A stretch of DNA of 64,000 bases from an uncultured Acidobacteriota bacterium (GTDB taxonomy: Bacteria > Acidobacteriota > Vicinamibacteria > Vicinamibacterales > CAVVIG01). Positions 1 through 10,519 of the stretch are shown here, piece by piece (position 1 is the first letter of the stretch; each line of letters opens with the position of its first letter). A program made the position numbers and the translations under genes. The notes under the pieces are model-generated. The model searched no databases and had not been told where the DNA came from. It worked only from the letters and a program-made list of their open reading frames with translations. Where the stretch lies: positions 165,471 to 229,470 of the forward strand of contig CAVUXJ010000007.1 of assembly GCA_963745495.1 (NCBI GenBank). Reading direction: 5' to 3'.

Positions 1-597
1 GGACAAGAGCCGTCTGAACTCGGCTGAGGCTGAACTTGAGCAGCACGGGCGCATCGTCGTGCTCCAGGCCGACGTTCATGAGCTTCGACAGCGCATTGAG
101 CCACGACACACGGTTGTACACCTGAAAGATCGCGTCGCCGCCGGGTTTCAGCACACGACGACACTCGCGAATCAACTGTGCGGGATCCGCGGTGTATTGA
201 ACGACTCCGTGCGCATAGACCAAATCGAAGGAGCCGTCCGGGAACGGCAAATGCTCGCCGTCGGCGACGAAGAGCCCACCCTGGAGCGCCTGCTGCTCGA
301 AATTCGCCTTCGCGAGGCCGATCGCGGAGGAAGTCAGGTCGACGCCCGTCACGCGCGCTCCTCCCCTGGCAAACCGGGCCAGGTCCACTCCCGCGCCACA
401 GCCGACCTCGAGGACCCGGCGGCCGCGGTAGCCTTCGAAGTCCACGAGCCGGAGCAGGTGGTGGAGCTTCTCGAAATGGTACTGATCGAGGTCGTCGAAG
501 AACCCGCGCGAGCCGACAGGATGCCGCGTGATCTCGAGGTCGTGTATGTGCTGTTCCCAGTACTCGCGGACTGCGTCAGTCGTGGCCACGCCGGACA
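1..597 (-). CDS. class I SAM-dependent methyltransferase (3' end lies outside the window)
   Basis: Manual minus-strand translation from GTG at 597: VSGVATTDAVREYWEQHIHDLE..RRVLEVGCGAGVDLARFARGGARVTGVDLTSSAI (SAM motif I)..LPFPDGSFDLVYAHGV..LKPGGDAIF. Not in the ORF track because no stop lies inside the window. Start codon choice is uncertain. Confidence 0.75.
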
Positions 598-692
598 CTA
601 TATTATGGCTAGGCTGTTCATGCTCTCGAGCCTCAGGCTTCAGGCCTCTGGACCTGACCCCCGGCCCAAAGCCCATAGCCTAATTGCCCGTC

Positions 693-2312
693 ATGGTCCG
701 CGACAGCGATCGACTCACGGCTTCCACATTCGACGTGCTCGTCGTCGGCGGCGGCATTTACGGCCTGACGATCGCGTACGACGCGGCGCAGCGCGGTCTC
801 AGCGTCGCGCTCATCGACCGTGCCGATTTCGGCAGCGGCAGCTCCTTCAACCACCTCCGGACGATCCACGGCGGCCTGCGCTATCTCCAGACACTCGACG
901 TCCGCCGGGCCCGCGAATCCATCCGGGAGCGCCGGACGCTCGCGCGTATTGCGCCGCATGCCGTCCATGCCCTGCCTTTCGTGCTGCCTCTGTTCCGATC
1001 GCTGACGCGGGGACCGCTCGCCATGCGCGCCGGTTTCATGCTCGACCGGGTCCTGGCATGCGACCGAAACCTGGGGGTGCCGCCTCATCTCCGGATCCCG
1101 GCCGGCCATGTCGTCTCCCGTACTGCGGCCCTCGACCGTTTTCCGCGACTGCAACGCGACGGCCTGACGGCGCGGCCATCTGGCACGACTACGTGACGCC
1201 CGAATCCGATCGGCTCACGTTCACATGGGCTGTCGCCGCCGCAGCGCACGGAGCGGTGCTGGCCAACTATGTCGAGGCGCATCGAGCTGCTCCGCGACAG
1301 CCGGCGCGTCGTCGGCGTTCGCGCGGCGAACCGCCCGGACGGCCGCCAAATCGAGATTGGCGCGCGCGTCACCGTCAACGCGACGGGAGGAGAGGTCGGA
1401 TCGCCTTTTGAGCGACTCGAAGGCGTCCACCGGAATCCCCCTGCTGAAGGCCATGAACCTCGTCACACGACGCGACGGTGGAGCGGCAGCGCTCGGAGGC
1501 CGCTCGGCATCCGGGCGTCATCTCTTTCTCGTGCCCTGGCGCGGCAGGGCGATTTTCGGCACCTGGGAGTCGGCGCGTACGTGCAGCGGCGAAGAGGCGG
1601 TCCCTACGCCGACCGAGATTGCCAGCTTCATCGCCGAGATCAACGAGGCGTTTCCTGCGCTCGCCCTCGAGAAGGAGCGATGTGACGCTGGTGCACTACG
1701 GCGCGGTTCCTGCAATCGTGGCCAACGGCCGCATCGCGCTGCAGGGTCACGAACAGGTTCGAGACCACGCCGGTCAAGGCCTCGACGGGATCGTGAGCGT
1801 GGCCGGGGTGAAATACACGACCGCCAGGGCTGTGGCGGAGCAGGTGACCGACACGGTCGTCGCGAAACTCCAGCGATCCACGCCGCCCTGCCGTACCGCG
1901 TACGACACCGCTGCCCGGCGGTGATCTCGTCGACATCGCAGCCGGAGACGGAGGCGGCTCGCCGCGAGCACGGGGATCTAGCCAGCAGCACGATATCCCA
2001 CCTCGTCGCGGCGCACGGTTCGCGATATCGGCAAGTGCTCGAACTCGCGACGGGCAGGGCCGGAGCTGGCGGGCGAAGGTGGTGGAAGACTCGCCGGTGA
2101 TCGGCGCCGAGCTCGTGTGGGCTGTCCGGCACGAGATGGCGCTTACCCTCAACGACGCGGTCGTTCGCCGCACGCCTCTCGGGGCGCTCGGTTATCCAGG
2201 CGACGCCGCCGCCCATCGTGCCGCCGAGATCGTGGGCACCGAGCTCGGCTGGTCGGATGAACAGCGCCGCAAGGAACTGGACGCGCTCCGAGCCTTCTAT
2301 CGAATCCCGTGA
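693..2312 (+). CDS. glpD: FAD-dependent glycerol-3-phosphate dehydrogenase/oxidase family protein, interrupted by at least 5 frameshifts
   Basis: N-terminus FDVLVVGGGIYG..DRADFGSGSSFNHLRTIHGGLRYLQ (ORF 684..1196). It continues in other frames: AIWHDYVTPESDRLTF (59..1411), RIELLRDSRRVVGVRAANRPDG..VTVNATGG (1269..1685), LFLVPWRGRAIFGTWE (1225..2100), VSVAGVKYTTARAVAE (1478..1924), VIGAELVWAVRHEMALTLNDAVVRRTPLG (2079..2312). Confidence 0.7.
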
Positions 2313-2333
2313 CAACACGCACGCGACACTCGT

Positions 2334-2416
2334 AGCTTTCAGCTTTCAGCTTTCAGCTGTCAGCTCTCCGAACGCTTCCACATCATCAAAGAGCTGAAAG
2401 CTGACAGCTGATAGCT
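2334..2416. repeat. AT-rich composite palindrome of CAGCT(T/G)T heptamers; probable bidirectional terminator between convergent genes
   Basis: agctttcagctttcagctttcagctgtcagctc ... gagctgaaagctgacagctgatagct. There is a perfect 19-bp stem 2348-2366/2391-2409 with a 24-nt loop. It lies between the glpD-like stop (2312) and the OMP stop (2431). Confidence 0.75.
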
Positions 2417-2430
2417 TGAGTATCGAGGAT

Positions 2431-3277
2431 CTACGGGACCTGGAACGCATTGAACACGTACGTCAACCCCGCCGTGAAGCCCATCGTCGGATCGACTGCC
2501 GTGAGGCCAAAGAACAGCCCGCCGTCCAGGCGAATCGACGCGCGCGTGTAGCGCCCGCCAAGGTTCAGAATCCCGCGGGTTTCGGTTCCCGGAAACGCCT
2601 TGCCTTCTCGCATCGAGACGCGACCGTTCAGCTCCCCGACCACTTCGGACTCGATCGGTCAGCGCACGCGCGAACGACATGCCGTAGGTCAGCACGTCGT
2701 TCTGGCGATCGCCAACCGTCGGATCAGCAAGGATGCCGAAGCCGACGTTGCCCACGACCCGGATCGACTGCACGGTTTTCGCGGCGAGCAGCGACGCGTA
2801 GAAATCCGTCGTATCGAGGCCCAGCCCCTTTTCGTTCGTCGTGTTCGGAAGCTTGGTCGCGAACCGGAACGCGAGCGAGGGGTGCTTCGGCCCCTCTGCC
2901 AGCAGCCGAATCTTCGTGCCGATGACGATGTCCTGGAAGTCGGACGTGCCTGTCCCGGTCACCGTGAGCAGGTGCGATAAGGGCGCCGGATTACGATGCT
3001 GAATCGACAGGTGATTGAAAAGCCCGCCGTCGATCTGAAGCTCTGCGATGGAGCTGATGCCCACGCTGACGCCAATCGCGGGAACGCGCCAGAGATCTCC
3101 TTCGAGACCAGACACCGGGTACTGCTGGTCGGAGGCGAAGTCCACGCCGGTTTCGAGCAGCACTCTGCCCGCGCCGATGGGTTCTGGATCTTCGGTCACG
3201 AGCGGGCGCTGTTGAGCCATCGCCGGGCGCGCGAGCATGACAGCGAATACAACAATCGGAACGACACGTCGTTTCAT
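2431..3277 (-). CDS. outer-membrane beta-barrel protein (MetA-pathway/transporter-like), one frameshift near 2640
   Basis: Signal peptide MKRRVVPIVVFAVMLARPAMAQQ with GAGGAG SD upstream of ATG 3277 (ORF 2360..3298). The C-terminal strands continue in ORF 2431..2643 (..GLFFGLTAVDPTMGFTAGLTYVFNAFQVP). Alternating beta-strand pattern. Confidence 0.65.
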
Positions 3278-3305
3278 CGACTCCTCGCGGCAGGACACAG
3301 CCTGC

Positions 3306-3764
3306 TCAGAACTGCCTCCTGCTATCCACCAACAAGGTGAAGGGGCCGTCGTTGACGAGCGACACGCGCATCATGGCCTGAAACTCGCCAGTCGCCACCT
3401 CGAGGCCGGCCGCCCTCAGATCCCGAACGACATCCTCGTACAACGGCCGGGCGACCTCTGGTGCAGCAGCCGCGTCGAACGACGGCCTCCGGCCCTTGCG
3501 GCAATCCCCCACCAACGTGAACTGCGACACCACGAGCACGGCCCCGCCGACTTCCTGAACCGACACGTTTACCCGGGGCTCCGCCGCGGCCGGATCCTCG
3601 AAGATCCGCAGTTCCCGAATCTTTCCCGCTACATATTGAACGTCCGCCGGCCCGTCTCCGCGCTCCACGCCGACGAACACCAGAAGGCCACGATCGATCT
3701 TCGCAATCGCGTGGTCGTCGACGCTCACGGCGGCCGAGGAGACGCGCTGGATGACCGCTCTCAT
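3306..3764 (-). CDS. dtd: D-aminoacyl-tRNA deacylase
   Basis: Intact 152-aa ORF MRAVIQRVSSAAVSVDD..GLLVFVGVERGD..VLVVSQFTL.GD.RKGRRPSF, the typical Dtd signature and length. Confidence 0.9.
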   Translation of the reverse strand: MRAVIQRVSSAAVSVDDHAIAKIDRGLLVFVGVERGDGPADVQYVAGKIRELRIFEDPAAAEPRVNVSVQEVGGAVLVVSQFTLVGDCRKGRRPSFDAAAAPEVARPLYEDVVRDLRAAGLEVATGEFQAMMRVSLVNDGPFTLLVDSRRQF

Positions 3765-3896
3765 TCCGGCGACGAGACCGCACCGCCGACGATCATCGCG
3801 GAAGCCGCGACGATCGCGGACCGACCATCCTGATCCGGAGTCTCACCCGCCACACTGGAGCTCGCGGAGCTCTGACGATCGCCTTGGACCGCCGAC

Positions 3897-4739
3897 TCAG
3901 CGGCCATGACCCTGATCGTGCGGGGTCGTGCGACAGCGACCGGGCGCGGGGCGAGGCTCTCCGGCGCGACGGACGAGATCCGCGGGCGGATTCAGCCTCG
4001 TGTCCAGCAGATGACGCGGGGCCACGTTGGCGAGCGCTTTGATCATCGACTGCTTCACGCCGGGATGCTCCCGCTCCAGCTCCATGAGCAGCCGTTTTGC
4101 GCGCTGGCGCTGAAGGCCCAAGTCGCCGCAGGCCGGACAGCAGCACCCGATGACCGGCAGTTCCTGTTCCTTCGTATAGGCGCGCGCTTCCTCTTCCCCG
4201 ACGAACACCAGCGGCCGGATCACCACGTGAGCGCCATCGTCGGACACCAGCTTGGCCGGCATGGCCTTCAGCGCGCCGGCGAAAAACAGATTCAACAGCA
4301 GCGTCTCGATGAAGTCGTCGGCATGATGGCCGAGAGCGATCTTGGTGGCTCCGATCTCACGCGCCACCCGGTACAGCACGCCGCGGCGCAGCCGTGCGCA
4401 CAACGAGCACGGCGTCTGATCGGCGTCAAGAATATCGTCGATGAGCTCGCCGATGTCGGTGTGCTCGATGCGGTACTCCCATCCGCGCGCCTCGCAGGTC
4501 TTCGCGATCAGATCGTGCTTGTATTCCTTGTATCCGGAATCCACGTTGACGGCCACGAGCGAGAATCGGATCGGGGCGCGCTGACGCAGGACGTCCAGTA
4601 TCTGCAGGAGCGCCCAGCTGTCCTTGCCGCCCGAGAGCCCGACCATGATCCGATCGCCGTCCTCGATCATCTGGTATTCGACGATCGCCCTGGTCGTCCG
4701 CTTCGCCAGACGGGCCTCGAGTTCGCTTCTATAGGGCAT
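3897..4739 (-). CDS. ttcA: tRNA 2-thiocytidine biosynthesis protein TtcA (PP-loop ATPase)
   Basis: Intact ORF with PP-loop GLSGGKDS, CSLCARLRRG and CCCPACG cysteine motifs, and ALGHHADD. Confidence 0.9.
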   Translation of the reverse strand: MPYRSELEARLAKRTTRAIVEYQMIEDGDRIMVGLSGGKDSWALLQILDVLRQRAPIRFSLVAVNVDSGYKEYKHDLIAKTCEARGWEYRIEHTDIGELIDDILDADQTPCSLCARLRRGVLYRVAREIGATKIALGHHADDFIETLLLNLFFAGALKAMPAKLVSDDGAHVVIRPLVFVGEEEARAYTKEQELPVIGCCCPACGDLGLQRQRAKRLLMELEREHPGVKQSMIKALANVAPRHLLDTRLNPPADLVRRAGEPRPAPGRCRTTPHDQGHGR

Positions 4740-4752
4740 GAGCGGGAATTAC

Positions 4753-4836
4753 GTAACAGTCGACAGTTGACAGTGACGTCAGTCGATCGCGCTGGACGAC
4801 GGCCTTCGACCGGTCTGTCGACTGTAACTGTCACTG
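4753..4836. repeat. composite repeat of (G/A)ACAGT words and their complement ACTGT
   Basis: aacagtcgacagttgacagtgac (4755-4777) versus ctgtcgactgtaactgtcactg (4815-4836). Possible helices 4757-4766/4815-4824 and 4771-4777/4830-4836 cross each other. It lies between the acyltransferase stop (4849) and the ttcA start (4739). Confidence 0.55.
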
Positions 4837-4848
4837 GAGCATCCACGC

Positions 4849-5596
4849 TCACTCCGTGCGACTCGACACGATGCGCGCGGGAACACCAACCGCGACCGCG
4901 TGGGCCGGCACATCGGCCCGCACGACCGCCCCTGCGCCTATGACGGCGTGATGACCGACCGTGACCCCATCCAGAATCTTCGCGCCCGCGCCAATCCACG
5001 CGCCGGGTCCTATCGTGACGCCGGCCGAGGTCCGCGTCTGGTCGAGCACGGGTTTCGAGGGATCTGAAAAATCATGATCGCCCCCGATGACATAGCGTAT
5101 AGGCGGCCAAGAGAGCGCCGCTGCCGATCGCTACGCGACTGGCGGAAAAGAGCTCGCAGTTGAAGCCGATGTTGGCACGGTCGCCCAGCTCGATATCGCC
5201 GTTCTTGCACGAGAGGATCGTGTTGCGGCCGATGAACACGCCGTCACCGATCCGGATGCCGCGGTTCGACTCGCCCTTGGCGTCCAGCAGGCAGTTGTCG
5301 TCGACGACGACGTCGCTGCCGATATGAATCTTGTGCGGGTGGCGGAGCACGACGTTCTGGCCGAACGATGACGTTTCGGCCACACGAACCGAGGAGCAGC
5401 GGGTAGAACGTCTTGCGCAGGACGAGACCGAGCGCCCCAGGCCACGACTGCGTCAGGGTCACGACGAGCTCGTATTGCAGGAGCGCCGCGAGACCCGGCC
5501 GGCCCACGACGAGCGCCACATATTTCTGACGGCTCGATCGGCTCGAGTCGAAGATCTGCTCTGCGCTTTGTCGATCCGCGGGTCAGACAATGGCAT
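4849..5596 (-). CDS. hexapeptide-repeat (left-handed beta-helix) acyltransferase, WcaF-like, at least 3 frameshifts
   Basis: Joined fragments: MPLSDPRIDK / AEQIFDSSRSSRQKYVALVVGRPGLAALLQYELVV (5244..5519) / NVVLRHPHKIHIGSDVVVDDNCLLDAKG..IRIGDGVFIGRNTIL (5072..5383) / VTIGPGAWIGAGAKILDGVTVGHHAVIGAGAVV (4849..5049). Confidence 0.65.
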
Positions 5597-5736
5597 CGCT
5601 CCCTTACGACTCCGGTGCTTCGCGACGGCCCACGACGGAGCGAACACTGAAACGGACGGAGGTGACGGCATCCAATCCGTTGGCACTGGTTCTAGTGTCG
5701 TGTCTCCGAAGTTCGTCCACAGTGATAGAAGCTCGA

Positions 5737-6719
5737 TCACATCCATCCATGGTCACGATACCAGTTCAGCGTGCGCTCGATGCCTTGCCGCAGGGCGACG
5801 CGCGGCTCGTAACCCAGCTCGCGGCGCGCACGCGAAATGTCGAAGGCGCGGCTCTTCGTATAGAAGTCCACGCGACGACGATAAATCGGCGGCTCGACGC
5901 CGATCGGCACCGAGAGCGCCTCGCACACCGCCCCCGCAATCCAGAACGGCCAGACGGGCAGGTAAAGCCTCGGCGGCGGCACGCCCGCAACTTCCGCGAT
6001 CAAGGCGACCAGTTGGTTCAGGGTCGTATACTCACCGCCCGCGAGAATGTAGGTGCGGCCGGCTGCGGCCGGGTGCTCGCCGCACAGGCGGAAACCCTCG
6101 ACGAGGTCGTCGATATGGGTCAGATGGTAGTAGATCTCACCGCGACCGAGAATCGGAAATCGTCTCCGAGCAACGCCTCGAAACAACTTCAGCAGCCGCC
6201 GATCGCCGGGACCGTAAATGCCGCTGGGCCGCGCAATCGTGACCTCGATGCCGAGCCGATCGCCTGTTTCGCGCGCCAGCCGTTCACCTTCAAGCTTGGA
6301 GACTTGATACGGATCACCCGGCCTGAGCGGGGCGTCTTCGCTGGCCGGCGGATGCTCGATATCCCCGTGAACGCCCGACGGTGCTGCAGTGAACCACGCG
6401 TCGCACGCCGGCGCGGGAGCTGCACGTCGACAATGTCCCGAACGGCCGACGCGTTGACCGCCTGGTAGACCTCGCGCTTGACGCCGGCCTGGCGGTAGAT
6501 CGCCGCGAGGTGATACACGACCTCGACCCCGGCGGTCGCCGCCTCGAGCGCGACGCGGTCGCGGATGTCGCCGACCGCCAATTGGATGCCCTCCGCCTCG
6601 AGGCTGCGGGCACGGCCGGCGTCGCGAACGAACGCGCGCACTGTCTGGCCCCGGGCCGCCAGGGTACGGGCCAGATGGCTTCCGGTGAATCCCGTTGCGC
6701 CGGTTACGAGCGCGTGCAC
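5737..6719 (-). CDS. NAD-dependent epimerase/dehydratase (extended SDR), 2-3 frameshifts
   Basis: GTG 6719: VHALVTGATGFTGSHLARTLAARGQ..VVYHLAAIYRQ (inside ORF 6189..8675), then RRVVHCSTVG (6314..6613), then the C-terminus ILGRGEIYYHLTHIDDLVEGF..YEPRVALRQGIERTLNWYRDHGWM (5737..6186). Confidence 0.75.
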
Positions 6720-7463
6720 CGTTCGGCGACGAGCGTGACCGGGGACCCGAAAAGGCTCAGCAGGCCAATCCGGTTCAAGAGCGACTCGGAGGCGACCGTG
6801 AATCGGCGGGACCCGACGGCCTTGTGAAAGGCGATTGGCAGGACGAACTGGCGGTGCCGCGAACGGACCTGGAATCCGTGCTGCGCAAGCGCGTCGGCGA
6901 TCTCGCGATCGGAGAACACGCGATACGCTTCCGTGCGCAGACCGAGCAGGCTGAGCGGCGCGGCGGCCGGCCGCCTGCAGCAGGGCGACGCTCGACCGCG
7001 AGGGGTAGTCGATGACCACGAGGCGGTCGGCGACCCGACACAGCTCGCCGAGACAGACCCGCCACTGCGGCGTGTGCATCAGCACGCGGAAGCTCACGGC
7101 CACGTCGAACGCGCGGTCCGGGAACTCGAGCGCGTGGGCGTCGCCAACCGCAAACGCGATGGTCGCTTGCTCGTCGGCTGCGCGCTGGCGGGCCACGGCA
7201 AGCATCGGCTCGGACGCGTCAACGCCCGTGACCCTGGCTCCCGCGCGCGCCAGCAACAGCGCCGCGCGGCCCGTGCCGGAGCCGACGTCGAGGACGCGAC
7301 GGTCGCGAATCTCGCCGACGAAACCGGTGAGGACACGCGCCTGCTCAGCGGCAATCAGCTCCCCGATCGGTCCGCCGAAACGTCGATCGTCGAACGTCCG
7401 GGCAGTCGCTGGATCGGCATAGACGGCGTAGCTGTAATGGTCGCGCGTGGCTTCGTCCTTCAC
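6704..7463 (-). CDS. class I SAM-dependent methyltransferase, frameshift near 6940
   Basis: GTG 7463 overlaps the upstream stop as GTGA. RRVLDVGSGTGRAALLLARAGARVTGVDASEPML..DRAFDVAVSFRVLMH (inside ORF 6189..8675). The C-terminus is in ORF 6704..6919. Confidence 0.75.
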
Positions 7464-8675
7464 GCGACGTCCTTCACGTCCTTGCCCGGCGCCACCGGCG
7501 CCTCGGACCGGGCCAGGGCGCCGCAGGCCCTTCGCGTGCGCTCGAGATAGACTTCGTAGCTGTATTTCGTCTCGGCAAGCTCCCGGGCGCGACGTCCGAC
7601 GGCGGCGGCGCGCGCCGGGATTCTCGAGCGCCGCGAGCATGCCATCGGCGAACTCCGAGCGGACACGCCGGTCAGAAACGCGGTGTCGTCGTCGAGCACC
7701 TGCGTGTGCGTCAGCAGCCGTGTGGCCACGATGGCTTTGGCAGACCGCAGATACTGATAGATCTTGAGCGGGGTGTTCGTCCCGCGAGACCGGGGCGAGA
7801 CCAGCACGTCGGCGGCAAGCAGGTAGGCCGGAATCTCCGAGGCCGGACGTTCTCCGGCAAACAGCGTCACGTCGCCGATACCTGCGGCCTGCGCCTGCTC
7901 CTGAGCGCGCCGTACCTGATCCGGCTTGCCGCCGGCCAGCAGCAGCCGGGCGTCGGGGCGGCGGCCGCGGACAAGGGCCATCGCCGCAAACAGAAGATCC
8001 AGGCCCTGATAGGCTTCGAACGTCCCCGTGTACACCACGACCGGCGTCGACGCGCCGAGACCGAACGTCTCCCGGACCGCCGCCGCCTGCGCCGCCGTCG
8101 CCCGCACCTTCTCCTGAACCAGGAGCGTTCTCGATCAGGATCACCTGCGCGGCCGGATCGATGGCGCGGACGGTGTCCTCGAGCGAAGGACAAATGACAA
8201 TCACCACCCGCGATCGCCGAATCATCAGACGCTCGATGCCGAGGAACACGCGTCGCACGAGCGGTGAGCCGCTGAAGGCGAAATTGGTGAGCTGCTGCGG
8301 CAGGCTGGAGTGCATGTCGTACAGATGCGGCACCCGCATCGCCGCGGCGAGCACCACGCCGATGAGCCCGCCTTCCTCGTGCGAATGGACAGCGTCGTAC
8401 CGGTCCGCCATCACGCGGCCGAGAGCGGTCATCATCAACTGCAGATCGAGCGGGATCTTCGCGAGCGACGGACCGATCTTGACCCGGCGGACGAACGGCG
8501 GCCTCGCGCAGCGGAAGATGCGCAAGCCGGGCATCTCCACGTCGTCACCGAACGGGTAGGTGACGAGATCGACCTGATGGCCGAGGGCCGTCATCGCGCG
8601 GATGCGATGAAACTCGCTGAAGGGCGTTCCACGCGGCTCGAAAAACGGCTGCGGCGCGATCATCAGAATGCGCAA
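7460..8675 (-). CDS. GT-B glycosyltransferase (family 1/4), about 3 frameshifts
   Basis: N-terminal half MRILMIAPQPFFEPRGTPFSEFHRIRAM..VHSHEEGG (ORF 6189..8675). C-terminal half VVVYTGTFEAYQGLDLLF..LLLAGGKPD..VLVSPRSRGTNTPLKIYQYLRS (ORF 7460..8107), with a compensating pair of shifts around SEFADGMLAALENPGAR. Confidence 0.75.
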
Positions 8676-8819
8676 GGTGCAGTGATTTTCTCATGAAACC
8701 GTAGTAGAGTGCCCCGGCGCATTGTCCAAGACACCCGATAGCCGCGCGCACCCGCCTTCAATCCAGACGTTGCCGCCCGCCACTGCGTCGGCGAACGCCG
8801 TGAGCGAGGCGTCGACACG

Positions 8820-9852
8820 CTGAGCCTCCGGGGAACGAAGTCGGGCCGCACGCGGTCGCCGTGGCGCAGCCGGGCGCTCGTCGCCGCCCGGCTCGGCGTC
8901 AGCGTCGCCCTGCTCGCGTTTCTCTTTTCACGCGTCGATGCCACCACGCTCTGGGACAGCGCCAGCCGGGCGTCGCGTGCCGTGGATGCTCGTCGCCCTC
9001 TCGCTGTACTTCGTGATGACGCTGGCGAGCACGTGGCGCTGGGGTCTCCTTCTCGGCGCCCAGGACATTCACGTCTCCCACAGGACGCTCCTGTCCTCAT
9101 ATCTCGTGGCGATCTTTTTCAATAATTTCCTGCCGAGCAACATCGGCGGCGACGTCGTGCGCATCCGCGACACCGCACGTCTCGCGCGATCCAAAACGCT
9201 GGCGACGACGGTGATTCTGATCGATCGGGTGCTGGGGATGCTCGGATTGGTGCTCGTCGCGGCTATTGGCGCCACCGTGGCCGGACGTGTCGCCGGCACG
9301 GGGCCCTCCCCGATCTGGCCGTCATGGCTCTGGGCCGGCTTCCTCGTCAGCGCCGCGGCGACCGCTCCGGCCGTGCTCCTGCCCGCAGGTGTCGGCCGAT
9401 TGCTGCGGCCGCTCACTGTCGTGCATCCGACGTGGGTGGGGGATCGGATCGAGAAACTCACCACGGCGCTCGGCCGGTTTCGCCAGCGTCCGGGCACCCT
9501 GGCCGCCTGTTTCGGCGGCGCGGTGGCTGTGCAGGCGCTGCTCGTGGCCTATCATTTCGCCATCGCCTACGCCCTGCACGTGCCGGTGACGATCTGGGAC
9601 CTCTCGATCATCGTCCCGATCTCGTTCATCGTCCAGATGATCCCGGTGTCCGTCAACGGATTCGGCGTGCGAGAGGCGACGTTTGCGTTCTACTTCGCAC
9701 GTCTGGGCCTGCCCGTGCAGTCGGCGGTACTCGTGTCGTTGACGGCGACCGGCCTGATGATGATTTTCTCGCTGAGCGGCGCGGCGATCTACGTGACGCG
9801 GCGGCACGGCAGGCCCGACACACGAGATAATGGAGGTGGATGGCCTGGATGA
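8820..9852 (+). CDS. UPF0104 / lysylphosphatidylglycerol-synthase TM-region (flippase-like) membrane protein, copy 1
   Basis: ORF 8938..9852 has FFNNFLPSNIGGDVVRIRD plus multiple TM helices. The first TM (LVAARLGVSVALLAFLFSRVDATTLW) is upstream in another frame (shift near 8975). No clean start codon was found, so the 5' end is approximate. Confidence 0.6.
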
Positions 9853-9910
9853 GGCGTCGCGGGTCGCCTTGTCGATACCCAAGCAGAGCAGGAACTGAGG
9901 AAACATTACG

Positions 9911-10486
9911 ATGCCAAAGCCGTATGACACACTCGTCGCCCTGCGGAAGACGTACCCCACGCCAATGTCGAACGACGAACTCGGCGCACTCTTGAACGCC
10001 GTCGCATGGGCACACCGAGACGAAGGGCTCGGCCTGTTTGCCAAACCCAACGGCGCCAACACCTGTCAGCCGCGCACGGGGATCTTGATCTCGCGCGACT
10101 ATCTCGTCTACGAGGACGGTCGCGGGTACGACGTGCTCTTGGACGCGGAAGGACGAGCCACGCCGACGTGGGGCCGCGAGCACGACATGGACACGACGAG
10201 GTGGGTCGCGCCCGTGGACGAGTCGATTGTGCTGCCGCCCAAACCACCAGTCACTCTACCGCCATCGGGCGCGGTCCCGTATGTGGGCGACGCGGTCGGG
10301 AAAGCGATCGGGGCAGCGTTGTTCGAGGACTACGCGGCGGCTGGGCGGGCGCCAGATGCGGACATGGGCGTCTGGTTCTTGCGAGCTGCCTGGGATGCGG
10401 CGAATCCTCCGCACCTGTCGATGGAGGCGTCGATCGCGAAACATCGCCAACAGTGGAAAGCCGTTCTGGGACTTCCCAACGCGTGA
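9911..10486 (+). CDS. hypothetical protein; N-terminal domain is shared with the C-terminus of lipoprotein 20177..21317
   Basis: Intact 191-aa ORF with GAGGA SD. No family recognised. ..LISRDYLVYEDGRGYDVLLDAEGRATPTWG resembles ..FYSCDLICSSRNLWDVLIDSDGAQKPTWG. Confidence 0.6.
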   Translation: MPKPYDTLVALRKTYPTPMSNDELGALLNAVAWAHRDEGLGLFAKPNGANTCQPRTGILISRDYLVYEDGRGYDVLLDAEGRATPTWGREHDMDTTRWVAPVDESIVLPPKPPVTLPPSGAVPYVGDAVGKAIGAALFEDYAAAGRAPDADMGVWFLRAAWDAANPPHLSMEASIAKHRQQWKAVLGLPNA

Positions 10487-10519
10487 AAACCATCGGACTT
10501 GGAGGCGTCTCGTCTTTCC

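Noticed and set aside
59-1411. 450-aa ORF on the plus strand, the longest ORF at the left end
   Set aside because: It is antisense to the methyltransferase (1-597) and out of frame with the glpD-like gene. The sequence is Arg/Pro/Ala-rich with no domain signature, apart from a short stretch that is really a shifted glpD segment.
6189-8675. 828-aa 'multidomain' ORF (glycosyltransferase + methyltransferase + epimerase)
   Set aside because: It is a chimeric read-through. Recognisable segments of three separate genes are separated by Arg/Gly/Pro-rich nonsense, each gene continues in another frame, and GTGA or 16-nt overlaps mark the real gene boundaries (7460-63, 6704-19).
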